A stretch of DNA of 63,073 bases, the filler included, from Choristocarpus tenellus KU-1152 (taxonomy: Eukaryota > Protista > Phaeophyceae): assembly GCA_964200185.2 (NCBI GenBank). It is 12 parts of 12 records of this genome, joined end to end, with 100 filler letters (N's around TTAATTAATTAA, not from the genome) between each part and the next. Parts side by side here need not be neighbours in the genome. Positions count along the whole stretch, not along the records: positions 38,607 to 43,089 come from CAXNAD020014349.1; positions 43,190 to 47,790 come from CAXNAD020013843.1; positions 47,891 to 50,686 come from CAXNAD020024676.1; positions 50,787 to 63,073 come from CAXNAD020001890.1; 8 more parts are not named here. One strand, 5' to 3'. Shown in pieces: positions 38,507 to 51,295 of this stretch; position 1 is the stretch's first letter; every line of letters begins with the position of its first letter. Below the pieces are notes generated by a model, which was not told the origin of the DNA, ran no database searches, and was given only the letters and a program-made list of their open reading frames with translations. Made by a program: the position numbers and the translations under genes.

Positions 38507-41249
38507 NNNNNNNNNNNNNNNNNNNNNNNNNNNNNNNNNNNNNNNNNNNNTTAATTAATTAANNNNNNNNNNNNNNNNNNNNNNNNNNNNNNNNNNNNNN
38601 NNNNNNGTCAATTTTGGGTCAAGCCCATCCTCAATGAAAAGCTCCATCCTCAATTTTTGAAATCGGCTGTTTTCTGCGAAAGATCAAGAAAAACCATAAT
38701 GAGGAATGCGCTCCTTTATGGAATGGAGAATGAGGTTGATAGAGTGTGTGAAATCCAGAAGGAACACTCTGAGAGTGTAACAGTGAAGGAGGCCACAGAG
38801 GAGGGGAGGAGGATTCAGTAACCATCTCAAAGAAAGTGGGGTAAAACTGCCCTCCGCTGCATCTCACCAAGTTGCTGATAGACATCCCTCCTCAAGGCTG
38901 AATCAGTGCAAACCCTTGCTTTCAAGCAGAGGGATGAGTCACCAAAATATTGTCAACACATGCCCAGGAAGGACAATATGTGCGGCTCAGACAAAGGGAA
39001 TGAAGCAATCGTTGCAGGAGAGAGGGCCGTATCTGGTAGGAATGATAAAGGATGGGGATAAGAGGCAGGACAAGAACATATCCATGATGAAAGTGCTTTG
39101 AGAGCAGCTAGACTTTAAAGCAATGGAACCCCCCGCCTCAACATCCTAGTTGAGAGCCTTAGAGAGCAATGCCTGATAATTTGGAAGTAGCATTAAAAAT
39201 TGAACTCCACTGAAATGGTCTGAGGATGAGTTGAGCAACATGTGAGAAAATCTGCACCCAAAACTTACCATGAGCGAGGGCTAACATCCCCACCTATTTG
39301 AAGTCACTGGGGGGCCTCCAAAGGGTGCTAGTCCAGAAGTACTTCAGGAAGGACATGGTCTGGCATACAGAGTTGCATCAAGTATGTCAACCTTGAAGTA
39401 GACATCAAGAAGTTCAAGTCACATCAGAGGCCTCCCCCTTGAGAGAGGCACAACATCAAGGACAGAAACAAAAAAAAAAATACAACTTGAAACATTCGTA
39501 AGGCATATTCATTGAGAGAGGATTACAACTTAACTTTACCATTTCTATGGTCAAATACATTCTCTACAAGGAGTTATGACCTGGTCAACCTCCTGAAGAC
39601 CCCCGAAGCTGTGCAGATGAATAGGCATTCAAATGCCTCCATTTTATTATGGATTTTGTCAACTACAAAGGAATCAAGAATTACAACAATCACATAGCAA
39701 AAAAAGGTTGAGGATAAATGTAGTAACAAACTCATCCCCACTTTCATCAGAAAAAATCATCGTAAGTTATGGTAAGACAAAGTTCATCCTTGAAGAGATC
39801 CGTACCACCAGATACTTATGAGTTTGCTCCAGCTAGTAGAGCACTGACAAGCAGGGGACTTCTCCATCAGAACTACTATGAATTCTGCCACTTGGTTGTG
39901 ATATGGCCCAGCAGACAAGGCACAAAATGTAAACGTATGCCATGGACACAACATACACTCATGTGTATCTATATCTCTCTGGAGTGCACAATATGCATCT
40001 GTGCACCAATGGACCCAGTGTGCAGTCTCTCATCACACCTCAGCATGCACATATACATGACTACCAATTCCCCACCCCTCCATACCCGCCTGTTCTTTGC
40101 CTCTTGACAAAATGCTCTTACATGTTCAATACTTTTCTATTCTGTCAAGTTTCAACATATAGACACAAATATTGTAGCTCTCCTGTAAAATGGGCTTAAT
40201 CACCACAACAAGTGGAACTTTCACAGCACCAACTGAATCTTATTTCCTACCCCTGACTGCACACCCTGCCCATAATAGCCAACTTGCTTTGTCTCTCATA
40301 TCCATCCCTCCACGAAAATCCTATGCCTGCCCTACTTTACCCCCTACCCATATATCAACTCCAGCACAACCTTTTGGCATGCTGCAAGAGTGATCATTGT
40401 TCAGTCCTTTGTTCCCCCAAGGGTCCAACACCCCATATTTTTTTCACACCACTTGAACTCTCTTGAGCACACGCCTTTGCTCTAGCTGCAGTGTTGCAAA
40501 CTAAAAACCCACCTTCAACAGTTTCATATCCATATCAAATGCAACCCTCTCCCAATCAAAGTCCTAGATTATCTCATTCTTGTCTTGTTCTTCTACTCTG
40601 TACCATATGTTGCAACATGGCACCTGTTCAACTAATGCTTAGGCAGCCTTCGTCTTTGACCCATGTCCATTCTGTTCCATTGCGTCCAAATGAGATTTGA
40701 AGTACAAGAGATGAGGGAAAGTGGCGGGAGACCCAGCAGCAGCAGCAGCAAGCGATCAGTTTCCTGGTCAGCACCACAAGCACATTTTTGAAACCAACTC
40801 AAGATAATGAAGAATCTAACCTAGATCCCAATCCTGAAAAAAATAGAAAATGAGCACGTCCCTAAAAGTACACACACGGAACAAATATTGAGTAAAATTT
40901 CAAAAAAATAAATATGAAGAGGGTCCTCCAGCACTCTCATCCTTGAAAAGTGTGTCATACAAATAAATAGTCCACAAACATACCTAACCTTAAACCAAAC
41001 TAACTTCATCTTCAAACTTGCACCATACACAATACTCCACAACATATTTATACCTCAAAACCACCACTTCCACTCACAACATAACATCCTCCAACTACTG
41101 TGGCAAGTTTGGTGCCTCATGCATCTCACGGACACGGATCAAAATGTGGTTGTTACGGGACACTCACCTTCCCCTCTGGGAGCACTGAGCACACCATATA
41201 CACTATCACCATTCCTACATGTATTGCAAAGTAGAACCTGCTCCACACC

Positions 41250-42050
41250 GCAATAGAATTTTCCCAGCTCAGCATCTTACTCAAGGTAGATTGACAACCA
41301 AAATATGGACACGGACAGGAAAGGCGGTGGCAAGGTCACTTTCTAGGTAGGCATGCTTCTTTCTTAGCCTTGGAGAAAGTTTCACTCAATATTTGCAGGA
41401 AATGTTAGCCTCGTAGACCTAAGCGTGTCTCTATGGAGAATACAGTAATTCCAACCTGGAAGTGATCGATTCAGCATTCAATCAGAAGGGCCAGTGCGGA
41501 AAACAGGGGTATCCATTGCACACGCAGACTTGAAGAGTGAGCTCTGCAATTGTACAGACCCCGCCATGCCAAGGTATACCTTGTCTCTATGAAGACACTC
41601 AACCTTACACATGAGCACCTCGAATCAAGGGGACCCTTTGTTGATAAACAAAAAATACATCCTAGCTTCGGGTGAAATTATTCAAGAGTGTGGGGTTGAT
41701 TTTAGCCCTTTCTAACCTTGTGCAATATGCACCATGCCCACGCCTAAAGCGTAGCTACTCCCTCTTGGGGAGGGTACGTAATTATGTAGAAAACATCACA
41801 TATGAACACCATGTTAACTGAATCGTTCTCTGCGGCCTTCAAAACACATGTGCCAGGCAGGAGGCATCATAGCGTCAATCAAAAACTCAACTGCAACCCC
41901 CCCATCGTAGATGGTATCGCTACTTTGTAACACAAAAGTCAAAGCAAGCGCAAGCGGGTGTGGAAACATGTCCATGTTAGTGCATGAGATGAGCTATGCA
42001 TGCAGGCACTAGTACCTACAGCTTATCGATAGAACCAATTCCTCACCTGG
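41250..42050 (-). pseudogene. Possible highly decayed non-LTR (LINE) RT relic
   Basis: Only scattered degenerate motif fragments resembling FKAAxDSV and GVPxG; no open frame. Confidence 0.3.
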
Positions 42051-43730
42051 AAAGGTATGACAAGATAGTTGACAGTGATGGTGTTCACCAATACACAAAC
42101 CACCTCATACACTGAGCTCAGGGCACCCTTGTCAGCAAAGAGGGGACTGATCTTCTTGCGCCCAGCCCGTGCCACCCTAGTAGCCAGGGGCAGCCCCCTA
42201 GCACAAGATTAAAATTACAAATGGAGATAACACCAGGTTGGGGTCTCCAAGTATGCAACCAGGAGAAGAGATGATTTCTCCAAATGTGTGCAAAACCCCA
42301 CAGCAAAGTGAACTGCACACTACTCCACAAAAAATACTACGACCATCATAACCACACCACTGGGGCAAAAAAACAACTAAAACTTGACAATAAAACAGGA
42401 CCAGGTCCTCACAAAGACCTGCAGATTGAAAAAAAGAAGAAAAAAGCCTCCTTTTTTTTAATGTTATGAAATGCACAACGATGGAGAATAAGTACAAACA
42501 AAACAAAAAAAGGTAAAGCAGTTGAGGCAAAAATGTCAACCAATCATAATCTCACATGAAGAACAGGTAGTAGCCCGGGTAGAACCCGTGCCAGAAGGCT
42601 GAGACAAAGTATGTCGCCGTCAAGCTGCTGCCTGCACAAGGGTGGTCAAGGTTTGGTGTGGGTGCAGTTGGGGCAGGTGATGGGGACTGTGGCGGGACGA
42701 GGTCAACTCTGGCATCCTAAGTTGTTACATGTACTTGAAGTACAATCCTCTCAAGTAAAAGACAAAACATCAACTTGCTGCCATCTTTCACCCATCAGAG
42801 CAGGGCTATCCGCAATGATTCAGGGTGACTGCAGTTCTCATTTCAATATTGAGATAGACAGCAGCATGCAACTGGAGCACTTGGCGAAGTGACTTACATT
42901 CCAGTGAGTGCTACAGTGTCCTATTTCAGCACCTTCCCAAAATCGTAAGTTGAAGGTTTGAACGTCTTTCTCGAATTGTGATTGAAAAATTGAAAACAAG
43001 TGGGGGGGGGGGGGGGGGGGGGGGGGCGTTTGGGAAGGTAAGGGGAAAAAAAAGGGTGAAAAGGCATCGCCCGGGAGGGTAGGGGAAACNNNNNNNNNNN
43101 NNNNNNNNNNNNNNNNNNNNNNNNNNNNNNNNNTTAATTAATTAANNNNNNNNNNNNNNNNNNNNNNNNNNNNNNNNNNNNNNNNNNNNATCCTCGTAGT
43201 CCCGCTCCATCCCCAATTTTGAAAATCCTCTGTTATCTGTGTATGTATTACCGCTGCAATTTAGATACATTTGCCTTGGTTGGGAAATGAAAAGGCTTCA
43301 GAACGTTATCAGGTACTTTGACCGCATTGTTACTGGGTGCATTTGCACTTGATAACTTCGCAAAGAACCCTGCTCATCATCTCCATCCACACGAACGAAA
43401 GAATCATTGAGCAGATTCCCCTGTCGTTCCAGTTCAACAAGAGTTCGAACCCTCAACCAAGCGTCCCCACATATTTATACACGATTTCGTGCTGCACACT
43501 TTGATATACAGATTAAGGGAGAATGCGACAAACCTCGACAGGAGACATATCATCCTTGCCTAGATCGAGTGCTTGGATGGTCACGATAATCCCCCGAAAC
43601 GTGCGGACAGTATCCATAAGAAAATATTTTGTGTTACCATTACAATAGGAACTAATAGGTAGGCGTATGGCCATAAAATTTGCAATTCTTGCTCAAATCA
43701 GATTGGAAAATATTTGAGGTGAAAGCTGAA

Positions 43731-43917
43731 GGCTCAAAGTATCTGAGGGAGGGTGGCGGCTGTCCACTCGGGGCCCATTTTTCCATGTCGCGATTTTTGG
43801 GTGAATTTGGTTGTATGCGTCGGATGGATAATGTAAGTGCGCTTCTCCTGGTAAGGGCCCGAGTGGACACCCTTGTGTAGAACCCTCTCCCCCCCCCTAC
43901 CCCAGATACTTTGAGCC
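43731..43917 (+). mobile_element. MITE family B, full length (187 bp)
   Basis: Perfect 15-bp TIR GGCTCAAAGTATCTG / CAGATACTTTGAGCC. Confidence 0.9.
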
Positions 43918-44460
43918 ATCTATTGAGGTTTTACCTAATGAAGCATATATTTTCGGAGAGAAAATATTAAAGGCGGTTGTGTATGGATATAGGCGGTGTT
44001 GTAGGGGATGATACAGGACTCGAGAAATACAACATATACTGTCTCTGGGTCGCAGGCTTTCCAAAGAATTAGCTTTCAAGGCACGAGCACTGCGAAAAGA
44101 GCACAAGTATTTTCATGCATTCTGCTCATAGTAGACACTAAAAAATATGTATCCCTGAATGTACCTCTTCATCTACATCCACCCCCTGCTCTTCGTCAGT
44201 CTCATCCACACATCCAGACCCTCTTCAATATCTAACACTCGGGGGGGATGTCATCTTCAGTCCAAGGCGGGCAATGAGGTTCTCTCTCCTAGGCTCGCTT
44301 TGTTCATCCTCCTCAGTCCTCTTTACCTTCAAGTTGTTCTGGTCACATTTGACAGCTTCACTCAAGGTCAACAACTCAAATTTTGTCTTCTTCCTCTTCC
44401 GTGGTCTTAGCCGTGTTTTGTCCGAGCTTTCGCTTCCTCATGATCCAGCCTGTCACAAGG

Positions 44461-44718
44461 GAGCCAAAGTATCTTGGAGGGTAGGGCCGCGTCCATTTGG
44501 GGGCGAAAATCCAATGCTGTAATTTTGATGTAATTTTGGCTATTGTGTCTGTGAGGAAGTGTCAATATCCTTGTTCCGGATACACCTTTTCATAACGTAT
44601 ACATTTTACGTATTCCAAAACGTTTTTTGAGTAGGAAATGTCATAAAGAACCCATGGGAACCCAAGCCCCAAATGGACAAACAGGGCAAAACTCGTACTC
44701 TCTAAGATACTTTCACTC
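44461..44718 (+). mobile_element. MITE family A
   Basis: Both TIRs present; flanks AAGG / AAGG. Confidence 0.92.
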
Positions 44719-44900
44719 AAGGTCTGCAGAATCACAACTGTACAACCCCTGCGAAGGACTGACCAATTGTATCTCATGAATGACTTTGAACTGTGTGAAC
44801 CCGAGATTGTAGGACGGTGCACACACTTCCCAGCTACCACATGAAAGGATGTGTTGCTTCATTGGACCTCATCAGGGTCAAGATTATCCCGAACCTGAGA

Positions 44901-45157
44901 GAGTGAAAGTATCTTAGAGGGTACAAGTTTTTCCCTTTTGTCCATTTGTGGCTTGTCTTCCCATGGACTTTTTCTAACATTTTCCTTCTCCAAAATGTTC
45001 GGAGTAGGTAAAATGTGTATGTTATTAAAAAGAGTTGTCCAGAACATCGATATTGACACTTCCTAACACACACAATAACCAAAATCACATCAAAATTGCA
45101 ACATTGGACTTTGGCCCCCAAATGGACACGACTCTACCCTCTAAGATACTATGGCTC
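44901..45157 (-). mobile_element. MITE family A, inverted relative to its neighbour
   Basis: Both TIRs present; flanks AGA / TGA. Confidence 0.92.
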
Positions 45158-45559
45158 TGATAGTTCAATCCCCAAACTGTCTTCTCAACTTCTACACACC
45201 ACGTCACCGCAAGACTACCCTGCGGACAAAAAGTATACCTGTCAAGATCCTAATCTTTCCAATTCACAAATTAGCGTTGATGGATTGTGAGGGCAATCTT
45301 GCCTGTTGCCATGATCCACCCTTTCGCAAAATCCTCAGAACCACAACTCTACTTCTGGTCCTCACTAATATATAGGGACACTTTGTGGGACGTACCTCTA
45401 CGAGAAAAATGGACGCCCGTGATACTACAGTACAAAGTACAGTACGACAGAAACGCTGGCAAAATTAAAAAGAATTCAAAATCATGATCCTTATCGGCAG
45501 ACAGTTCAGAAAGACAATTCAATCACAATCACAATCACAATCAACCTACTTTCTGACTT

Positions 45560-46226
45560 TCAATCCACGTGCTGACGCACCTCGGCATGTTTGGCACCCC
45601 TCGTAGACTTGGCGTCAGGTTTTGGCGTCAGGCTTCAGCGTCAGCGCTTTCTCCATGATGGTTGTTGCCTCCTTCAACTTGTAGAGGGTTCTGTGACCGA
45701 TTCCAAACATTTGATCAACCGCAGTTCCCGTCATGATCTTCACTAGTGTCAACGCCTCCACCTTCTCTGCAAAGCTCAAGCGTTTACGATTGTAGGCACC
45801 GCGAGACTTGTAGGACGCGACTTTCTCCGTAGATCTGTTTGGCAGCACCTTCTCCTTGCCCTTGTTCTTGTTATCTTGGCGCTTTGACGCCGTGTTGTTA
45901 CCGGCTGGAGGACTCGAATCCTTGTGGTTGGTAGGGCTTATGCACAATCTGCACACGCGTTTCATTTCCCTGGCGCCAAGAAGGATCCACAACGCTGCAA
46001 AGGTCTTAGAGATATCAGCTACAAACGCGACACTTGTGGCATGTATAGTGTGAGGACCAGGAGTATTACCCTGTATGTTGCAGTTGGACCCCGCTGTGTA
46101 GGGCAATGTTACATCTGTACAGTGCAGTCGTCTAAACTCGATGTGATCTACCGTATGTACTGTACTGTGCAGTACTGAGAGACACAATACTACTGTGCTG
46201 TGTATTGCTGGTCTCGAGCAGTTTTG
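45560..46226 (-). mobile_element. Second copy of the pogo-like HTH element, interrupted by Copia
   Basis: RKRLSFAEKVEALTLVKIMTGTAVDQMFGIGHRTLYKL; colinear with 36485-37065. Confidence 0.7.
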
Positions 46227-47790
46227 TGTGCAATTTACCTCGGGAGGTAATTCTATTTATCAGTAGTGAAGACAAGAAGGTGTGAAGCCTCACACGACCC
46301 CCTTTGCTGAACGTGAAAAGAACGGGTGGAATTAGAAGAGTGACCTTTGTCGGGTGTCTTCTCATTGCTTCTTTTAATAATATCTGTGCTTCCTACCTAA
46401 GTCAACGGTTATGTCAAAGTAGTTGAATGCAGAATAACAATCAATACATATTCCCATCAATAATTCTGATGCACTTTCTCATTAGTTACATCCCATGGAC
46501 TCAATCAAATGATAATCTCTCATACACAAAATAAGGTACATCTCACTATTGTCCTATTTTGCACACTCCCCCATGAGATTGCAGGCAATGAAGGGTTGCT
46601 GGAACTCTCAAACCTTAAACGTTTTATTCTGTCAATGCAGTAAAAGAACGCAGATTATTTCAACTTTAACACACGACATTCATCTAGTCAACACAGTGTC
46701 TACAAAGTCCTCTACCTGCTTCTTACGTAATCTTTTGGTCAAGATGTCTGCAAGTTGGAGTGCCGTGGGAGTATATTTTACTGTAAAACTTCCTTTGCTA
46801 ACATACTTCCTGATGTATTTTAGATTGATATCGACATGCCTTGTCCGTCCATTGAAGCCTTCAGTTCTTGCTGCTTGGATCGAACCTCGATTGTCTCCAT
46901 ACCAAGTCGTGACCCCTTTGAGTATGCCCAGCTCCCCCAGGATGCCTCTGAGGAATATTGCATGCCTCATTCCATGTACCATTGCTGTCCATTCCGCTAC
47001 TGATGAAGGTGTGGTTGCAGCCCTTTGCATTTTGGCTTTCCATGCATTTGGTGCCTCATTCAATAGGACTAGGTATCCCGTCACGCTTCGTCTTGAAACA
47101 GTGTCATTGCCCCAGTCTGAGTCTCCATACCCGACCAGGTCCCTATTGTCCATTCCACCACCAGCAGGATAGTGTATCCCTACTTTCATGGTGCCCGCTA
47201 GGTATCGTAGAACATGTTGCAGCCCTTTGCTGACAACCTTCCACTGTTTTTTCTTTTCTGGCTCCAACCCTGGTCCAGCCAATTCCTCCACCTGTTTTGA
47301 CGGTGTCGCTCTCCTCTGGCAACAAACGATCTGAACATCTCCTTTACCTCCACAGTTATAGCATATTCCTTCGAAAGAACAAGGACCAATATGTTTGATC
47401 AGTCCACAGTTTTAATATCTTCTATTGGTCCTGATATCGTCTCTGGTAGGGGATCCTGTTGTAATATGGTCCGTACGTTGACCAGTCGTACCTTGGCTGC
47501 CTCCTCCGCTGACCTTCTGTGTTCTCTTCCATGAGTTTATGGTCCCAGTGGCTAGAGAGCTCCCAGGCTCCCTGCGGTTAGCTCCTCCTTTCCCTTCTGG
47601 TGGAGGCTTAGTTACTGCTCCAGCTAATGTCCTGCTTCCCTAGTGGCAGGTACAGCAATTTCTTTTCTCGTTCCGTAAGCAAGAATCTTGTCACTGGGTC
47701 CCAGTGCTCAATATTCGGCGTGGCTTACCAGGTACCCAAAGTATTCCCCTTGACCTCCAGTTCTTGCTCGTTATCGATCGTACCATATCC
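46227..47790 (-). mobile_element. Ty1/Copia 3' end: RNase H, polypurine tract and 3' LTR (46227-46565)
   Basis: HVLRYLAGT, GYGDSDW...RRSVTGY, SSVAEW, RTRHVDI, QLADILTK; PPT GGGGGAG abuts an LTR bounded by TGTGCAA...TTGCACA. Confidence 0.9.
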
Positions 47791-47890
47791 NNNNNNNNNN
47801 NNNNNNNNNNNNNNNNNNNNNNNNNNNNNNNNNNTTAATTAATTAANNNNNNNNNNNNNNNNNNNNNNNNNNNNNNNNNNNNNNNNNNNN

Positions 47891-47923
<33 letters not shown>

Positions 47924-48534
47924 TCTGTTGGTTGACTTTAACGTGGCGAGTCCCCTCACTTTTCCTGCGATAAGATTCTTTGTTTAAAAAAGAAAAATGT
48001 GCCTGGCCTTGATCTCGAAAGAGACTTTACCGGCAGTTGGGTCACAACCTGTGACAGCATCGTAGCCTGTCTTTCTTTTTTCTTTTCTTACTGGTAGTTG
48101 TTCGCTAGAGGGGGGGTTTTACCGTTAGAATTTTATGTCTTGGAACAATTTTGGTGTTACTATAATGTATTGCTACGTATCTCAGAATAATATTATTGAC
48201 GTTAGATTAGCGTTTGTTGGAATAATATTGATATTATAATAGTTACGTTGGAATAATATTGGTGTTAGAATAGCACATATTAGAACAATATCAATGTATC
48301 GATTGCAACGATCCCACTAACGAAACGTGATGGCGATATGAGAAGGACTTTTATGACTTTGCAGTAGTGAAAATCAGTCGTTGTCGATCTTTGAATTCTA
48401 ATCCCATGGTTCAATCGGTTAAAGTGTTAACCTCAGGTCCCCCGAATTTTTGTTGTGACCTCTGCCTGTTTGTTCTCTTCCAAACGATCTGTGTGCTGCT
48501 TTGTTTGTGACTGCTTCGTGGTGTGGTTGTGCAG

Positions 48535-50638
48535 GGGTGCTCTCTGGAGAGAAGCAACGTATAGGACGGGACTATGACTTCTCATCTGTCATATCGTGGT
48601 TTGCAGAAAGGTGCGTATTTCTTCATTATTGTTATTATTATTATTATATTTTAACTTGTCTATCATGGTGCCAGATATTGCGGGGGTTTTTTTTTTAGTA
48701 ACAACAGGTAGATTAGTTGGGAATCTGAAAAAGATAGCCCAGTCCTATGATTGCAACCATTCCATTGATAATCTTCTTCCCTTCAATGTACAATGGAGCA
48801 TACTTCAGTATATTTGTGCACATCTGTGTGGCCTATCTATATTAGTAAATTTGACCCTTGTCACACAAGGAATGAACACATCACATTGACCTGTCTTGCT
48901 TGTGAACCCCTCGCCCCTTTGTATACCCACCCAAAACCGTGCCGTGGTGTTCTAGGGTTAGGTTGGGTGTTGTTACACCCTTCCCTTGGCTAAAAATAAA
49001 TAAATCAGGGTACCATTGATGTTGTACACTTGTGAGATGTTGAGTGCGACTTGTGTGCACTTTTGGGGTTATTCCTGTACTCTTATTTTTTATTATTTTC
49101 CCTTGTCATTTTCATGCTCTTGTATTTTAAAAAAAAATGTTACAAATTCCTTGAATTAACTGTAACTAGTTTATATTAATATGTATATATATATTCCTTT
49201 TCTTATTTTTTGTGGTACCCTCTGGCTCAGGGGGTTGGGTTGTAAACTGAGTGTTATAGTATAGATGGCAGTATAACAGTGGGACTGTTCTGAGAGAGTT
49301 CTGAGAGAGGCCGAGTGCACCACCAAGTATCAAGTAGTAGTATCAAGTAGTTGCTGTTGACAGCGATGCGCATACATGTTAGATCATTTTTTTTTCTTTA
49401 TTTCCATGGTCATGAGTAACATACATATACATATATATATGTCACTTGAATGGTGCACTATGTGGGAATCACAGAAATCAAGGTCCAAGCCTCCTCAATC
49501 CATGCCCTTTTTGCACAACAATCATACACATCCCAAAGGACACCTTCCTTCCACTAGAATGGATATTTGGTGTAGTGTGTACCATGTTTGTATGCCTGGT
49601 TGACACCCTAGAATACCCTCTAACGGTTTCACCTTACAAAAAAAAATGAAAATTGTCCAATCAAAATGTCCCTTGAAACCCGACTTCAAGGTCTGTTCTT
49701 CCTCCGACTCTGTCAGAGGCAACCAACCCCTTACGATCTAAGAAGCGTCCTTGAGGAAGAGCCTATGACTTTGCTTTGCTATTCTCTTCCGCTTGCTGCA
49801 CCAGCAACTTTGTGGTCAGACACAAACGTTGCCCTCAAAATAGCACACTGGTGGGCCTTGTCAACCACTGTGTCTGTCCTGTTTGGTGATGTAGTGTGTG
49901 TGTGTGTACATTCGTACAGTAGCACACCTCAAAATAGCAACTTTGTGGTTAGACAGGAAATGTGAACGGAAATCAGTCCCCTACCATGCCCCCCGGAAGG
50001 GCACTTGAATACCGTAAGACATTCTACACCTACCACACTGTATGGTGACTGTATGATGGTTGCCATGCACTGGCTCTTCGTGCGTACGCCTGCAGACCGC
50101 AACTGTGAGTTGTTCGGTAATAACAGGCCCTCCCACGTTGAGATAACTTTAGAAGCCCCTGCTTCTGCTTCCCACTCCGATTGGAGCTACCTCTGCCTAT
50201 AGTTACCCACGCCCTGGTGCTTGGGATGGTTGTATGGGGCAGCAAGGTGGTGATCGTGATGCCTAGGGTTAGGGCTATGCCTGTTCCTGCCACTGCTGCT
50301 CTCGCTGCCACCGTTGTCCTGTCCTGTGAGCAACGTGCCTGGTGAAACCTCTTTGGGGTAAGATTCTTGTGCCAGACTCCCCAATATTTCGATCCAACGC
50401 CTTCCAAGACAATGACAACTCATCAGCAGTCGGTTCTCATGACAGCCAAAACAGAGCAGCCTGGTGGTGATTCATGCTTCGATGAAGGCCTCCACTTGTA
50501 CGCACCTATCTTGGCCCCTCAGCCTCCCCCCCCCCCTCCACATCCTCCTCTGTGTTCGTAGTCAAGGCTAATGCAGACACAAGCTCTCTCTACCTAAAGC
50601 AAAACAAGGCCGTGAAACAGTCAAAGTCAGGATCCAAA
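48535..50638 (+). CDS. Putative isolated exons of an unidentified gene (48535-48610, about 49719-49850, 50562-50638)
   Basis: Short open segments bounded by pyrimidine-rich AG and GT; no recognisable domain. Confidence 0.3.
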
Positions 50639-51295
50639 GTAACCGGGGGGGCGGGGGGGGGGGGGGGGCAACACGATTTTGTCCTTNNNNNNNNNNNNNN
50701 NNNNNNNNNNNNNNNNNNNNNNNNNNNNNNTTAATTAATTAANNNNNNNNNNNNNNNNNNNNNNNNNNNNNNNNNNNNNNNNNNNNCAGAGATTAAGATG
50801 TGCGTTTACATATTAAGTGTTATATAATTAGGGTGTACGGGGGGGAGGGGGAGGGGGGAAGTGAAGTAGACAGACGCCTCTTATATCATGAATTGACAAC
50901 CAAAAAACACTTCCAAACGATTTCAAAGATTTCCAAGGAGTGGAACAATCACATGAAACAGTTTTGTCCACTTTCCACATCCACAACCGTCTTCAACAGT
51001 TCTCACTCACAACACGCCTCACAACCCACTACACAACCCACCTCACCAACCATCTGGCATACTATTACCCCTATCCCATACCCTTCACCCTCCAGTGCTG
51101 TCCTTCACCCCATTTGTTCACTCACCTCCTGTCACTGTATACACACTGTTCTACTTGACTATAACCACTATAACCCCCCCAAAGATCAGGATTCACAACC
51201 AGGCAAGATAGTATCAAACAGCCACGCCAACACGTTTGTGATACTGTTAGAACCCAACTTTAAGCCAAAGTTTCAGACCATATCCCACAACTAAC

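Noticed and set aside
37900-39460. Possible retroelement remnants either side of the 38507 linker
   Set aside because: Too degenerate; no diagnostic motif could be read with confidence.
3880-50786. Regularly recurring TTAATTAATTAA palindrome flanked by Ns
   Set aside because: Synthetic six-frame-stop linker between contigs; not biological.
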